Shown here piece by piece: positions 24,263 through 37,065 of a stretch of DNA of 64,000 nt. Both the position numbers and the translations under genes were made by a program. Numbering within the stretch: the stretch's first letter is position 1; each line of letters opens with the position of its first letter. The notes beneath the pieces are model-generated. The model had not been told where the DNA came from, did no database searches, and saw only the letters and a list, made by a program, of their open reading frames with translations. The stretch spans positions 102,486,001-102,550,000 of the forward strand of contig OX597817.1 in the NCBI GenBank assembly GCA_951406725.2, in the 5' to 3' direction. The stretch comes from Octopus vulgaris (Eukaryota).

Positions 24263-24522
24263 AAATACGTAAGACGTAAATGAAATACTCATACCCATGG
24301 AAAAAATTTTTGATATGCTGGCCATTAATAAAATTTTTTCCTACATTAGTGGTATATATACCACATGTTTCGAAGACACACAAAAAAACACACAAATTTC
24401 CACACAAGAACATGGGGTTTCTGCTCTTGGCATGTAGCTTCAACCGTGTTTTCTGACGTGAATTTGCTACCCAGGTATCGATTAACCGAATTATCAATAC
24501 TAGGATAATTCATTCACCTACT

Positions 24523-24572
<50 letters not shown>

Positions 24573-24574
24573 CC

Positions 24575-24785
24575 TCCTTTTTTCTCTCCTTTTTTTCTTT
24601 CCTTTTTTCTCTCCTTTTTATTCTCCTTGTTTTTCTCCTTGTTTTCAGTGTCCATTTCTGTAGAAGAGCGTAGGCTCGAAGGTATAAGACTTTTTCTATT
24701 CCTGAGCGTTATACTAATACATCTGTTTGCTTTGGACACCACCTGTCTTCGTCTTTTGTTGTTTTTTTTCGTAAACTCTCCCTAT
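24575..24785 (+). mobile_element. Solo PLE terminal repeat (family of 23740-23890) with degenerate hammerhead, between (TA)n tracts
   Basis: CTGTAGAAGAGCGTAGGCTCGAAGGTATAAGAC...TTCCTGAGCG..ATACTAATAC. Confidence 0.75.
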
Positions 24786-25043
24786 ATATATATATATATA
24801 TAATTATAAACTCCATTAGTATATCATACTCAATGTATATATATCATTGACAGACATAATGCTGTGCTTTTGTCTGAGAAATTTCTCTATAACATGTATT
24901 AAAAACAAAATATGCATCGGAAGAAAACGAATATGGTCCCGGCAGCGACTCCCAGAAACGCGAGGCACATTTCGCCCTCTATATGGGTGTCAATGAAGTG
25001 CACTCTGAATACATACATACATGCATATATATATATATATATA

Positions 25044-25180
25044 TATAAGGATAATATAACACAAAGTTGGGGGATAACAGTCTTTAATAGTAGATCACAA
25101 CGGTTGTCTCCTACTACAAATGTTGTGATCTACTATTAAAGCCTTTTATGCCCCATCCTCGTGTTATATTATCCTTGTAT
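25044..25180. repeat. Fold-back inverted repeat (about 57-bp arms)
   Basis: AAGGATAATATAACAC...AATAGTAGATCACAAC vs GTTGTGATCTACTATT...GTGTTATATTATCCTT. Confidence 0.85.
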
Positions 25181-25798
25181 TGGCCTTATGTAAAGAGGAG
25201 TTCAACATGTGTATGCAGCCCTGGAATACACCCTACTATAAAATAACGTGTGGTAATCAAACCATGACGTAAGAGCTCTTAAATGCACGTTACGAGGTTT
25301 TTACTCGAACTATATACTATATATAAGTATAAACGTATGTATATTTCAGGTAATATTACGTCTGATAATGTAAGATAATAGGTATATGCAATTAGTGCTC
25401 AGGCAGACTTCCTGCCTAAACTCCAACCTAAACTGCAACTAAAAATGCAGCGATGTTGTACCTGCCTAAGTGAGGATTGACTATAAGCAGTGTTTCAATC
25501 GAGCTGGTGCACCCGGCTTTAGATTTAACCTATGACAACCTGTCTAAACCTTACTATATTACCTCAACAATACAGACATACCTTTTAACTATTATGGGAG
25601 AATGTCAGCATATATCACAACAATTATATATATTCCTCCATTGAGCACTTATTGAAAGATCTCTTGTGATCTAAATTCCTAAAACATTCTTTTCTATATT
25701 CAAGTGGTATCAAAATAATATAAATAAATATATAATTTATAAATGTAATAATCTTATATGCCAGTTGCTTGCTTATTTATGCCTTTATTCTATACTGT

Positions 25799-25890
<92 letters not shown>

Positions 25891-25891
<1 letters not shown>

Positions 25892-26323
25892 TATTAAATT
25901 AGAGATAAAACCACTATTAGGCAAATCAAACAGTGAAAAACATAAGCCAATACATAAAATTAATTTAAAATTATAAAAGTTAAAAATAAAAAATTATTTA
26001 AATAAATTTTATACAAATATATGTATGTATGTATATTTTTATATTTATATATTATTTAATTTATTAATTAATTTATTTATTTATTCTTTTTTTTAATATA
26101 TATCAAACGTATTAAAAGTTTAATACTTTTGATATATATTTAAAAATAAATAAATAAATAAATTAATTAATTAATAAATTAAATAATATATAAATATAAA
26201 AATATACATACATACATATATATATATTTGTACATATATATAATTTTAAATCAATTTTATGTATTGGCTTATGTTTTTCACTGTTTGATTTGCCTAATAG
26301 TGGTTTTATCTCTAATTTAATAT
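25891..26323. repeat. Long AT-rich palindrome with almost no spacer, flanked by (TA)n
   Basis: ATATTAAATTAGAGATAAAACCACTATTAGGCAAATCAAACAGTG matches the reverse complement at about 26279-26323; apex near 26118. Confidence 0.9.
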
Positions 26324-26411
26324 AATATAATATAATATATTTATACTATAAAATTGGATTTAATCCTAAATCTAATTTTTCCCTGTAAGTTTGGATTTAT
26401 TCCCTAATTAT

Positions 26412-26474
<63 letters not shown>

Positions 26475-26699
26475 GCATGTGTGTGTGTGTATACACACAA
26501 AATTAATATGAACAGCAGGTTACAATGTTTCACCAAATGGGAGAATTATAATTGTCACTCAATGTAACTAGGGTGTTAAAATGACACCTACATTGCTGGA
26601 AGAGCTAAATGCTCTAATGCTGTATATATAATGCTGTTAACATACATGAATATATATATATATGTATGTGTGTTCGTGTAGAATACGAAGTTATTTTAT

Positions 26700-27735
26700 T
26701 CCACACGAGTAGAAATATAGGAAAAATAGAAGATGAAAATGTACTGAGAATAGTTTAAATATTCTTTATTAGTATATTTAAAGCTTTAACCGATTTCACA
26801 GTTTACACTGATTTTCAAAAAGTTCAAATATAAAGACGTGGCTTAATCGTAGCTGTCTAGCTTCTGACTAGTGTTTGAAATTTATCCTGTTTTTATAGGG
26901 AGTTCATGGCTGAAATTAGTATATGTTTTCAATAGGACTTAATTGACAGAGGATAGTCACATGACTGGTCTTAAAAATATACAAAATATACTGTCATGTG
27001 ACACTAACGCACGAACGTAGCGGGAAACTTTAAGAACGTAGGTATTATTGTACCATATCATTCACACAGTGTTCATTTAGTAATATCGATTTAAATTCAA
27101 TAAATGTATATTTAACTTAATGAAGAGAATAAGTCCCCTTCATCTGTTATTATTAGTATAATTTATTTAGATATATTGGCTGATAGTTTAGGTTCTTACA
27201 TATATTCGTCTATTAAGTTAATAGTATAGATGCACGCTTCCTAGGTATCACATACATGGTATATATTTTTAACTAAAAATATTTAAATTCAACGAAAGTA
27301 TTTAATTACGGAGATGTACTTGCATAGCAAGTGACTTGATCTGAGATCATGTGCTGAAACAAAAACAAGTATTTAACTTTAAGAATTATTCCTATGTATT
27401 ATTGTATTATTCACACAGGATCTACTTAATTATATTTATTTCAATTTATTAAAATTTATTAAATGTATATTTAACCATATGCACAAAACAAAATTCTCTT
27501 TTCCTCTCGTTGTTTATTAATTTGTGTTCTGATTTAAGGAGCTGATAAATTTCCTCTACGCTGAATTTACATCTTCTACACACAATGCTAATAGATTTTG
27601 TCCGGCTAATTATTTCCCACCTAAGTGTATATTTCCTATTTTGATCCTTAATCGCCCAAATTAGTTTACTGAGACTAGTACTTGTGTCTTTTTTTTTTCT
27701 ATCTCTATAGGTGTCTTAATGGTTAGCTATCTTTC
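26700..27735 (-). mobile_element. PLE 3' fragment: GIY-YIG C-terminal coding remnant plus 3' repeat
   Basis: Minus strand 27735-27480 reads KKDTSTSLSKLIWAIKD..YTLRWEII...CRRCKFSVEEIYQLL..KLIN. Decayed hammerhead-like motif at about 26780-26826. Confidence 0.65.
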
Positions 27736-27762
27736 CTTTTATACACACAGACATATGCACGT

Positions 27763-27912
27763 CAGGCTTCTTTTAGTGTCGGTCTACCAACTCTACTTAC
27801 AAGGCTTTGGTCGGCCCGAGGCTATAGTAGAAGACACTAGCCCAAGGTGCTACGCAGCGGGACTGAACCCAGTACCATGTGGTTGGGAAGCAAACTTCTT
27901 ACCACACAGCCA
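27763..27912 (-). mobile_element. SINE head
   Basis: Same family as 7365-7530. Confidence 0.8.
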
Positions 27913-27916
27913 AGTT

Positions 27917-27959
<43 letters not shown>

Positions 27960-28398
27960 TATATACAAACATAGCTACATACGCACACACACACACACAC
28001 GCACACAACAGAATATATGTTACATTATCTACATCTATGTAAATAAATAAATGTAAATAATAAATGCAGATAGTGTTATATATATACATCTATATCTGTT
28101 TTGTTAAAGTCTCACTACGTCTCAAATGTTGAATCACTTATAATCTTAAAATAATATCCTGACAAACTTTTTCCCTTCTCACTCTTTTTCCCTCTCAGAC
28201 TCCTCAATATCATTTTATTAATTTTTCCCTCAATGGTCATTCAAATAATTTACTTATATCGTACTTTTTATTTCTTTTCAAATTCTGAAATATAAAATTG
28301 TATTTCATCGACCTGATTCAATTTCTCTTCAACCTTTCTATTTGTTGGTTATATTGGTTTGTCTGTATATTTCTATTTCTGTAGCACGCACATAAGAA

Positions 28399-28432
<34 letters not shown>

Positions 28433-28500
28433 ACGCTTATATGTATCTACATGTGTATACGTGAGTGTGTTTGTACTGTTATATCTATGTATCTATCTAT

Positions 28501-28543
<43 letters not shown>

Positions 28544-28672
28544 TATCTGTTGTTGTTTCTAACTTTCTTTCTTTTTCCTCGCATATAAGTGAATGTGTGG
28601 AGTGTATTAGTATGCATGTAAATGTTTATATGTGTATGTGCATATTTATGTGTGTGAGAGAGAGACTATTTT

Positions 28673-28704
<32 letters not shown>

Positions 28705-29331
28705 TGTATGTATGTATGTATGTATGTATGTAGGAAAATAGAAAATACAATAAGCAGATACACACACACATATATATGCATGCACCCATACATATACATG
28801 CATACATAAACTGTATTTGATCTCCGATTTGTGATCTCTCCTCTATGTTCTTATTCTTTCTGATATTTTTTCCTTTCTCACACTCCACGTCCATATTTGT
28901 TTTAAATGAATTTGATCGTTGGCTTTATCGTTACAACAGCCACATTCTTCTCCTTTGTCCTTCCCAGTATATACTCTATAATGTATCGTTCGTTTTTAAG
29001 CACGTATTTCATAGTTCCCACAGAATGGTCACATATACTCTCCAACGATCACTAGCATCAAATTAGTTACATTGCGTGTTAGTTGATGGTCGAATTTCTC
29101 TGCAACCTGTCCTTTTTGTCCAAATGATCAATTCTCTGGCAAAGGCACGTTCACAGTCTGTCTTTATCACGTTTTAATTGTTACAACCAGTTCTCTCGTA
29201 CAAAAAACCGACCTCCATTAGCGACTTTTAATGAGCACGAGCGCTAGGATACTGTTAGAATACTGACAGACCCCTCTTGCCCTTAAAAAGAATAGCAGAA
29301 CAAAGCATTATAAAAAAAATTTGGAAAGAGC

Positions 29332-29362
<31 letters not shown>

Positions 29363-29394
29363 CTTCCTCTCTTTCTCTCTCTCTCTCGCTCTCT

Positions 29395-29475
<81 letters not shown>

Positions 29476-31084
29476 AAAGATTTTGCTGTCCCTTTGTCTA
29501 TTAGTTTTTATTACCCATATAAATGAAATAGCGACCTCCTTGGAGAAGTTATAGGGGCCAGTTGGCGTCATTCCATTCTCTCTTTTTCTGTGAGTCAGAC
29601 CCCGCATTTTATGCTTGTTATCCTATTTGTTTTTAGATATTTAAATCATACCGCATAGGTATGCGTCAACGTTACTCCTTTCAATAATTTCCCCCTAAAC
29701 CTTCTCAATTCTTAGCTTCATATAACAGAGTAAATTTGTCTCACCCGCTCTCTATCTCTCTTTCTCCCTCTCTTCCTCTTTATATTTATATGTGTGTATG
29801 TGTGTGAGAGAGTATTTGTGTATGTTCGTGTATGTTGATATACTCACACACAAACACACACATATATATGTATAATGTGTGTGTGTGTGTGTGTGCCTGC
29901 GTGCGCGCACACACATTTGTCTGTATGTCTGTCTATCGATATACATAAATATAGCCTTCTCTCTGTATAGTTGTTTGAAAATAAGGTTTGACGTGATTAA
30001 TCAAGCAAACGGCAAGAAAGGTCGAAAGCGAGCAAAAAAAAAAATCTGGTATTTTATCGTTTGCAATAAACAGCATTAACATAAAACATTTACTTGTCTT
30101 TGATAGCTTCTATTTATATTTGACTCTCATTTAAATAAGATAATTTCCTCGGACATTCTTCCTTTTATTCCTGAGTTAAAACAAGTTTAATTTCTTTGTT
30201 TAACGCCGAAAGGATAAAGGACAAAGATAAATAAGGACAAAGATGTTAGGAACAACGATTTGAAGGAGTGAGGTGGCCTTGTTGCTGAAGTTTAGCTTCA
30301 GCTCACCTCTGATTGAACAAACCTTTCTGAACAAAGACATTCCTGCTGCAACTAACTGTATTTTTTATCTTCCAGACAGCTACGTTATCCTTAGAGGGAT
30401 TTTATTTTTTTTCACGGATGATACATTTATGATTTGATGTGCATTTGGATATTTATTTATAATGACAAGATGTCAATCTTTCCATTCACGAGACGTCAGT
30501 TAGCATGGTGTTTCTGGCCGAAAAAAATATATAATTTTTATTGTTGCGATAGAACGAAAGGCGAGTCCGCAATGAAATTTTAACTCCCAGTTGAAACCAA
30601 CAAATTTACTTTCACAACAGATTCCTTAGGAAAGATATTCCAAAAGATATCCAAAACCTTTTACTTAAAAATATTAAGCCTATTTTAATTTAGTCGAAAG
30701 AAATCGATATTAGGGAAGATATTTGACCAATCATAGTTTCATAGTTAACTATTTACTTGTGAATTTTATTCGAGAGCAGAAAATCTAAAGAATATTTCTT
30801 TGATAGACTTTTAACACTTGTTAGCAATAATCGCCGCTTCGTGATTATATAATAATGAAAAAGATACGAAAATCAACTAGAAGATTCAGCAAAATTGGAG
30901 CCACAATTAGAAGCAAAATATATAATTGTTCTAAGACAATTTTTAAAACAGCAACAGCAATAAAAACAATTTGGCAGCCGATTAATTATTGTATATTCGA
31001 TCGAATGACAATAATCAAAAACAGGGTCCACAGCTATTTATTCCTTTAGTTGTAACATCAAGCAAATATCCTGCAATTTTCTTT

Positions 31085-31405
31085 TCCCCTTGATTCAGTC
31101 ATTACACTGCGGCCATGCTGGGATACCGTCTTGAAGAATTTTTAGTAGAATGAATCGATCCCAGTAGGTATTTTCTTTTTAAATCCAGGTACTTATTTTA
31201 TCAGTCCCCTTTGCCGAACCACTAATTTACGGGAACGCAAATACACCAACACCGGTTGTCAAGAGGTGGTGGATGACAAACAGACATGCACATACACACA
31301 GTCGGCTCGATGATACAATAGAAGGCACTTGCCCTAGATGCTGCGCAATGGGACTGCACTCGGAACCAAGTGGTTGGGAAACAAACTTCTTACCACACAG
31401 CCACT
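31085..31405 (-). mobile_element. Nearly complete tRNA-derived SINE
   Basis: Tail (CTGCGGCCATGCTGG...ACACCAACACCGGTTGTCAAG) contiguous with head (CTTCTTACCACACAGCC). Confidence 0.8.
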
Positions 31406-32557
31406 AGTCATGGGCATATGGAATCGTGTAGCTTTTGGGTCCCTTGATTGTAGTCAATTTGATGTCAAATTATTAGTGAACCATCAGAGACAATCATGAT
31501 GGTATACGAAATATTTTAAATGTTCCTCCTTGATACAACCTTATTGACTTTACTTAGAGAGAAAAGCGTTTGAAAGATTTTTTGCCGACGTATAGCATTT
31601 TTAGTTTCCTCATATTCTACTGATTTACAGTTGGTTAATTCTATTATTATTAATTCTTAACATTAGACGACGACTTGGTAGGGTCATTGCAGCGTTAGGA
31701 GGGAATTCCTTATGCTACTAGCTCCAAGTTCAAGTTGGGACGACAGTATGGAGTGGACAAATAAAAGAAAAATTCCTTCCCTTGGTTTCAAATAGTTATT
31801 AATGTTCATGGAAGTGGGACCATTTTAGTTCAAGTTTCACTGCTATGAATCAGCCGCTGACGATGTCACCCAGATGGCAAGTCTTTTTATATACAGCATG
31901 CACTCACACTCACACTCACGCGCGCGCGCGCACACACACACACACACAAACATTTGTAAGCTTCATTACACTCGACCTGATTTGGTGTATGTTTAGTATT
32001 CCAGAGCAGCTTCTGCATCTAATGGGAATTGGCAATCAGCTAACTAAAAGCCCCACAGCATTGTCCGTTGTGTTTTATGATGATGACATTAGCTTCCGTT
32101 GACTCAGCTACTTAATCTATGACCTCAGTCTTTTGCTATTTCATTTATACATTTCATCTTTTATTTCATCTGTGTTGTTAGAGGTTTTTAACGGCTACAG
32201 TTCTTCGACTTATTCCGCAGCTCACCAGGCTATGGAATTCCTTATATTCAATTATTTAAAAAATACTTTATTGCTTTTCTCTTGAACTAGAGGGAATTGT
32301 CGAAAGCTGAGGGCTGGACACAGCTACAAACTTGATTCAACATTGAATTGAACCATTGTAGATTCTCACCATATCCCACTCATGTACGCCTGTAAAGACA
32401 GGGTCATTGCAGCGTTAGGAGGGAATTCCTTATGCTACTTGTAACAATTCCTTGTCACAATAATGTAGCGAATGTGTATGGTGCCGATGTGTTCAAGCGT
32501 TTGTGTGTTTGAGTGTGTATGTGAGGGGGTGTATGCGCATGTGCATGCATATATGTC

Positions 32558-32620
<63 letters not shown>

Positions 32621-33379
32621 ATATATATATATGCACACACACACATACATACAATATAATATAGATATACATACGTATATGTATGTATATATGTATGTAT
32701 GAATGTATGTATGTATGCATATATATGTATATATATATAATTACGTATATACATATAATAATAGATATGTGTGTATCATATACACATAGAAAAAGGGTAT
32801 ATTTTCTAACTTACCCCCAGCTGACAGTAATTATCTTTCCTATTTAACAGTTAAGTGGTTTTTAATAGGAAGGGCAACCAGCTAATGAGTGGCATACCAT
32901 GGATACTGAAATAGAGTATGGTGACATTATAATAAGATACGCTATAAAACAAATATATACTTCGCACGGCTAAAATATATATGATGTAATATATACGTGA
33001 TATAATATATGCGTGTTCGTGTGTGCATGTATGTATGTATGTATGCATGCATGCGTGCATGTATGCATCATATAAGTGAACGAGGTTTTGTGAAGAATTT
33101 GGTTGAGGGCGTGTAATTTAGTGTCGAAAGAGAAGCAAGTAGTAAGCAATAAGACTTTTCCAAGAGATCCATCTACACTGAGAAATTGTCAATATGAATA
33201 TTTCCCGAAGCTGGTAGAGATCAGAAAGTTTAATAGCAATTTGTTTGGTAGCTTCTTGCAGTCGATTTATGCATGGAGGCACTCTTTGCTTTTGCTGTGG
33301 TCGTGTTGCAGGTCTCGCAGTGTTACATAAAAACAGATGTTGTAAGCTTCGTCTTTCATTGAGATACTCAAAAATTGAT

Positions 33380-34240
33380 ATTGACGTGAGGAGTAGAAAA
33401 GGCTTGTAAAACCAGCAGATGAACTAAAAGGAAATGAGGAAAAGGTTGGTAGTAGTGGTGGATCATTATCAAGAGAGGTAAATGATAGAAAGAGTGGATT
33501 CTATGTAGATACAGGAACCACTTTCAGATGTAAGTCGGAATACAGAAATCTTTGATCTGCAGGAAGTGTTTGAGACCAATGGAGACACGTTTTTTCCAGA
33601 ACGGTAAAAGCTAAAAGATGGGTGTATTTTTGTTATCCGGAATCAAAAGTTCATGCGTGGAATGGCTTCCCACCTTCACTCCAAGGAAGCTCAAGCGCAA
33701 GCGGTGGGCACAGAATATCATGGTGACTTTTCGGGGAGGGGTATCATTTTCCTTGATTTTCTAGGAAGAAGTTATTCTGTGAACAAAGTGTGGTACTTTG
33801 AGGCACTCAGACCATTAGGAGGAAGAGTCCGAACAAGAGTCTGAAATTTACTATATTCTCCCTGGCACGCACGATTACACACATCTTTAGCGACATATGA
33901 GATAATCGGCAAATTGGGTTGGCCATTAATCGTCCATCCACTGCACCACACGGATCTGCTGTCCTCCGACTTTCATCTCTTCAGTTCAGTAAAGAATAGT
34001 CTTCAGGGACAACTATTTGATCGCACAGACGAGGTGAAAGTGCCTATGAAGAAGGGGTTTTATCAGTGCACGCCTAAATTATCTCAAGCAGGATTCGAAT
34101 GTTTGATTCAACGATAGTTCAAATGTATGACTTGCGATAGTAAATGCGTTAAGTAGACATATTTGTGCGATTTGAACCGTCGATGTCATTTGATAAAGAA
34201 GATATACCTACTTTTGCATTATTTCCGGTTCAACTCTCAT
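33380..34240 (+). mobile_element. Highly degenerate mariner
   Basis: HPLHHTDLLSSDFHLFSSVKNSLQGQLF is a decayed HPPYSPDLAPSDFHLF motif; upstream GIIFLDFL; multiple frameshifts. Confidence 0.75.
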
Positions 34241-34694
34241 GCATATATCGTAGAATTCAACTTGTGACCGAGTAGAAAAGTCCCTGAAAACATTACTAGT
34301 GTCGAAGTTCTTGTGCAAGTTTCTTTTAAGTGGATAAAGTGCATTGAATCCACTTTTCAGCGTAATCTGTTATAAAAACCGTGAAACAGCAGGGGTTGAG
34401 ACGGCCAGAAACCAACCGCGCTTTAGCCTATTTTTTTATACGAGCTTACCTTCTCTTAGGGGGAAGTTTTAACGAGAATTAAGGGTCCTTCACTCACATG
34501 CTAATTAATACATAGATGGGACCCTAACAGGTGCTACTATTCTGGATAAGAATAGATCTGGGAAAAATAGTGGCTAAGATGTGGATTCTGCACTCCTCAC
34601 AACCATAGAATTCGTGTACCAGGCTCCCACTACCGGATACAGTTTGAATTCATACTCAGGACTAGAGAGAGGGAAAGAGAGGGAGAGAGGGAGG

Positions 34695-34699
34695 TAATG

Positions 34700-34756
<57 letters not shown>

Positions 34757-34799
34757 CAGAGACAGACAGAGAGACAGACAGACAGACAGACAGAGAGAC

Positions 34800-34874
<75 letters not shown>

Positions 34875-34875
34875 G
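34695..34875. repeat. Compound (TA)/(GA)/(GACA)/(GATA) microsatellite
   Basis: Direct reading. Confidence 0.95.
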
Positions 34876-35037
34876 CACCAACAAAAATATGTACTTCATC
34901 CAGAGAGAGATAAATATCAATTTAATGCACAACCAAAAGAGCTACTAATAGTTTCCTGCTTTTATACTACTTTAGATATACATATCTATAGACAATGCCA
35001 TATAGCTCCAAGCAATTTTCCAGGCTCTGTTCATGCG

Positions 35038-35065
<28 letters not shown>

Positions 35066-35071
<6 letters not shown>

Positions 35072-35230
35072 GAAATTTACGGAAAAACAAAAATCGAAGA
35101 CAGGTGTATAAACAACGAGCAGGTGTATTAGCTTGACGCTCGGGAAGGTGAGAATGTCTTTTATGTTTTGAGCCTACGCTCTTCGACAGAAAGTAGCACG
35201 AAGAAATAAACAGAGAGAGAATAAAAAAAA
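35066..35230 (-). mobile_element. Inverted PLE terminal repeat with degenerate hammerhead (35157-35193)
   Basis: Minus strand CTTT-CTGTCGA-A-GAGCGTAGGCTC-AAAACATA-AAAG; same family as 23755. Confidence 0.7.
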
Positions 35231-35292
35231 AACTTTTGGAGACAGTGCTTATTCATTGAGAAAGAGAGAGAGAGAGGGGGAGAGAGAAGAGA

Positions 35293-35346
<54 letters not shown>

Positions 35347-35489
35347 CAAAGTAACAACGTACGGATGAAGAGAAAACTGAGTAAGAGAAAACAGAGTAAG
35401 AAAAAAACAGAAATTTACATTATTTACATCTGGAAAAGTCGTACATGAAAGAATTTGAAATGGTGAAGACACCCCAGATTAAGTAGTTT

Positions 35490-37065
35490 ATGCAACTCAA
35501 AGGTCAGAGAATGAAGACTGAAGTACGTCACCCACCTGTGAAAGCAGTAATTAATGTAAGTAGCCGACATCTAGAAAGCTCTGAAGAAGCAGTACTGAAC
35601 AAAGATCTCAACTTTGCGACAACCATCAAGCACATTCCATACTTGGACATAATAGCCCCTATTGAAGAGATAGCCGGAAAGATAACAAAAGCTCAGGGAG
35701 ATGAACTAAGGTGGAAAGTGAGACAGGTACTAGAAAAAGCGAAACTTCCCAAACCAAACATCACTAAGGAAGAAAGGTTCGCTATCAAAGGACTACAGAG
35801 TGACAATTCCATGATAATACTTCCAGCGGACAAGGGAAATGCTACAGTGGTGATGAACAAGTCTGACTACTCTGAAAAGTTGGCAAGTCTTATAAGTGAT
35901 GGTAGCTACAGCAAATTGAAGAAAGACCCAACTCTGAAAACAAAGAGTAAGTTGTCACAGATCTTGATCAAGAACAAGGATCACTTTACACCAATGAAGT
36001 ACAGACAACTGACTCAACACTACAGTAAACTACCACACATGTACGGTCTCCCTAAGATTCAGAAGGATGGTATTCCATTAAGAGCTGTAAAAGTTCAGCA
36101 TGTCATCCATTGAACCGCTTCCTTGTGGATATAATCAGTTCATTAGCAGGAAAGTCAACATCGTTCGTCAAGAATTCCACCCACTTCACAGAATTGATCA
36201 AGGATACCCCCATTAAATCCAACCAAATGATGAGTCTAGATGTGATAAGTCTGTTCACCAAAGTCCCAACTGGTGAATCACTATCGGTGATTCAAGAGAA
36301 ACTAGTGACAGACACTCATCTAAAAGAACGCACTAGTATACCAATAAGAAACTTGAATGAAATGCTGACCTTCTGTGTAGAAACTACCTACTTCAGTATA
36401 GACACTGATATATATCGACAAGAAGATAGTTTAGCTATGGGTTCGCCATTATCACCGATAATATATACACGGAATACTTTGAAAATTTGGCTTTAGAATC
36501 AACATCACTAAAACCAACACTTTGGCTACGATATATTGATGACACCTGTATACTCTGACCCCACCAGGAAAATGTCCAAGTGCTGTTAGATCATGTGAAC
36601 TCAATAAAGCCATCTATACAGTTCACAATGGAAAAGGAAAAAGACAATCAGCTAGCATTCCTGGGCGTATCAATAATACGCATCAAGTATGGATTCAGGA
36701 CATCCATATACCGCAAGCCGACCTTCACTGGACGATACCTCAACTTCAATTCCCTCCATCCATACAGTGTAAAGAGAGGGATTGTTCAGTGCCTAAAACA
36801 TCGTGCAAAGAATATAAGTAGCGATCATGATACACACCATGAAGAAATGATCAAGCTCAGTAAAAATCTATCAAGCAACAACTGCCTCCAAAACATATTA
36901 TCTACTCCAATTATGAGAGGATGAAACCTATAAACTGTCCACAGTCTGTCTACCCTGAAAAGATATGCGACCCATATGACATCAGGACAGTATTCAAGAG
37001 TAATACATTTCGCAAACATCTCCTTCGAGTAAAACCAATAGAAGTGAATATGACCAAAAACTGCG
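35490..37065 (+). pseudogene. Penelope-like (Poseidon-type) RT, frameshifted, truncated at the start of the GIY-YIG domain
   Basis: ILPADKGNATVVM, MYGLPKI, SLDVISLFT, LAMGSPLSP, WLRYIDD and YRKPTFTGRYLNFNSLHP motifs. Confidence 0.92.
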
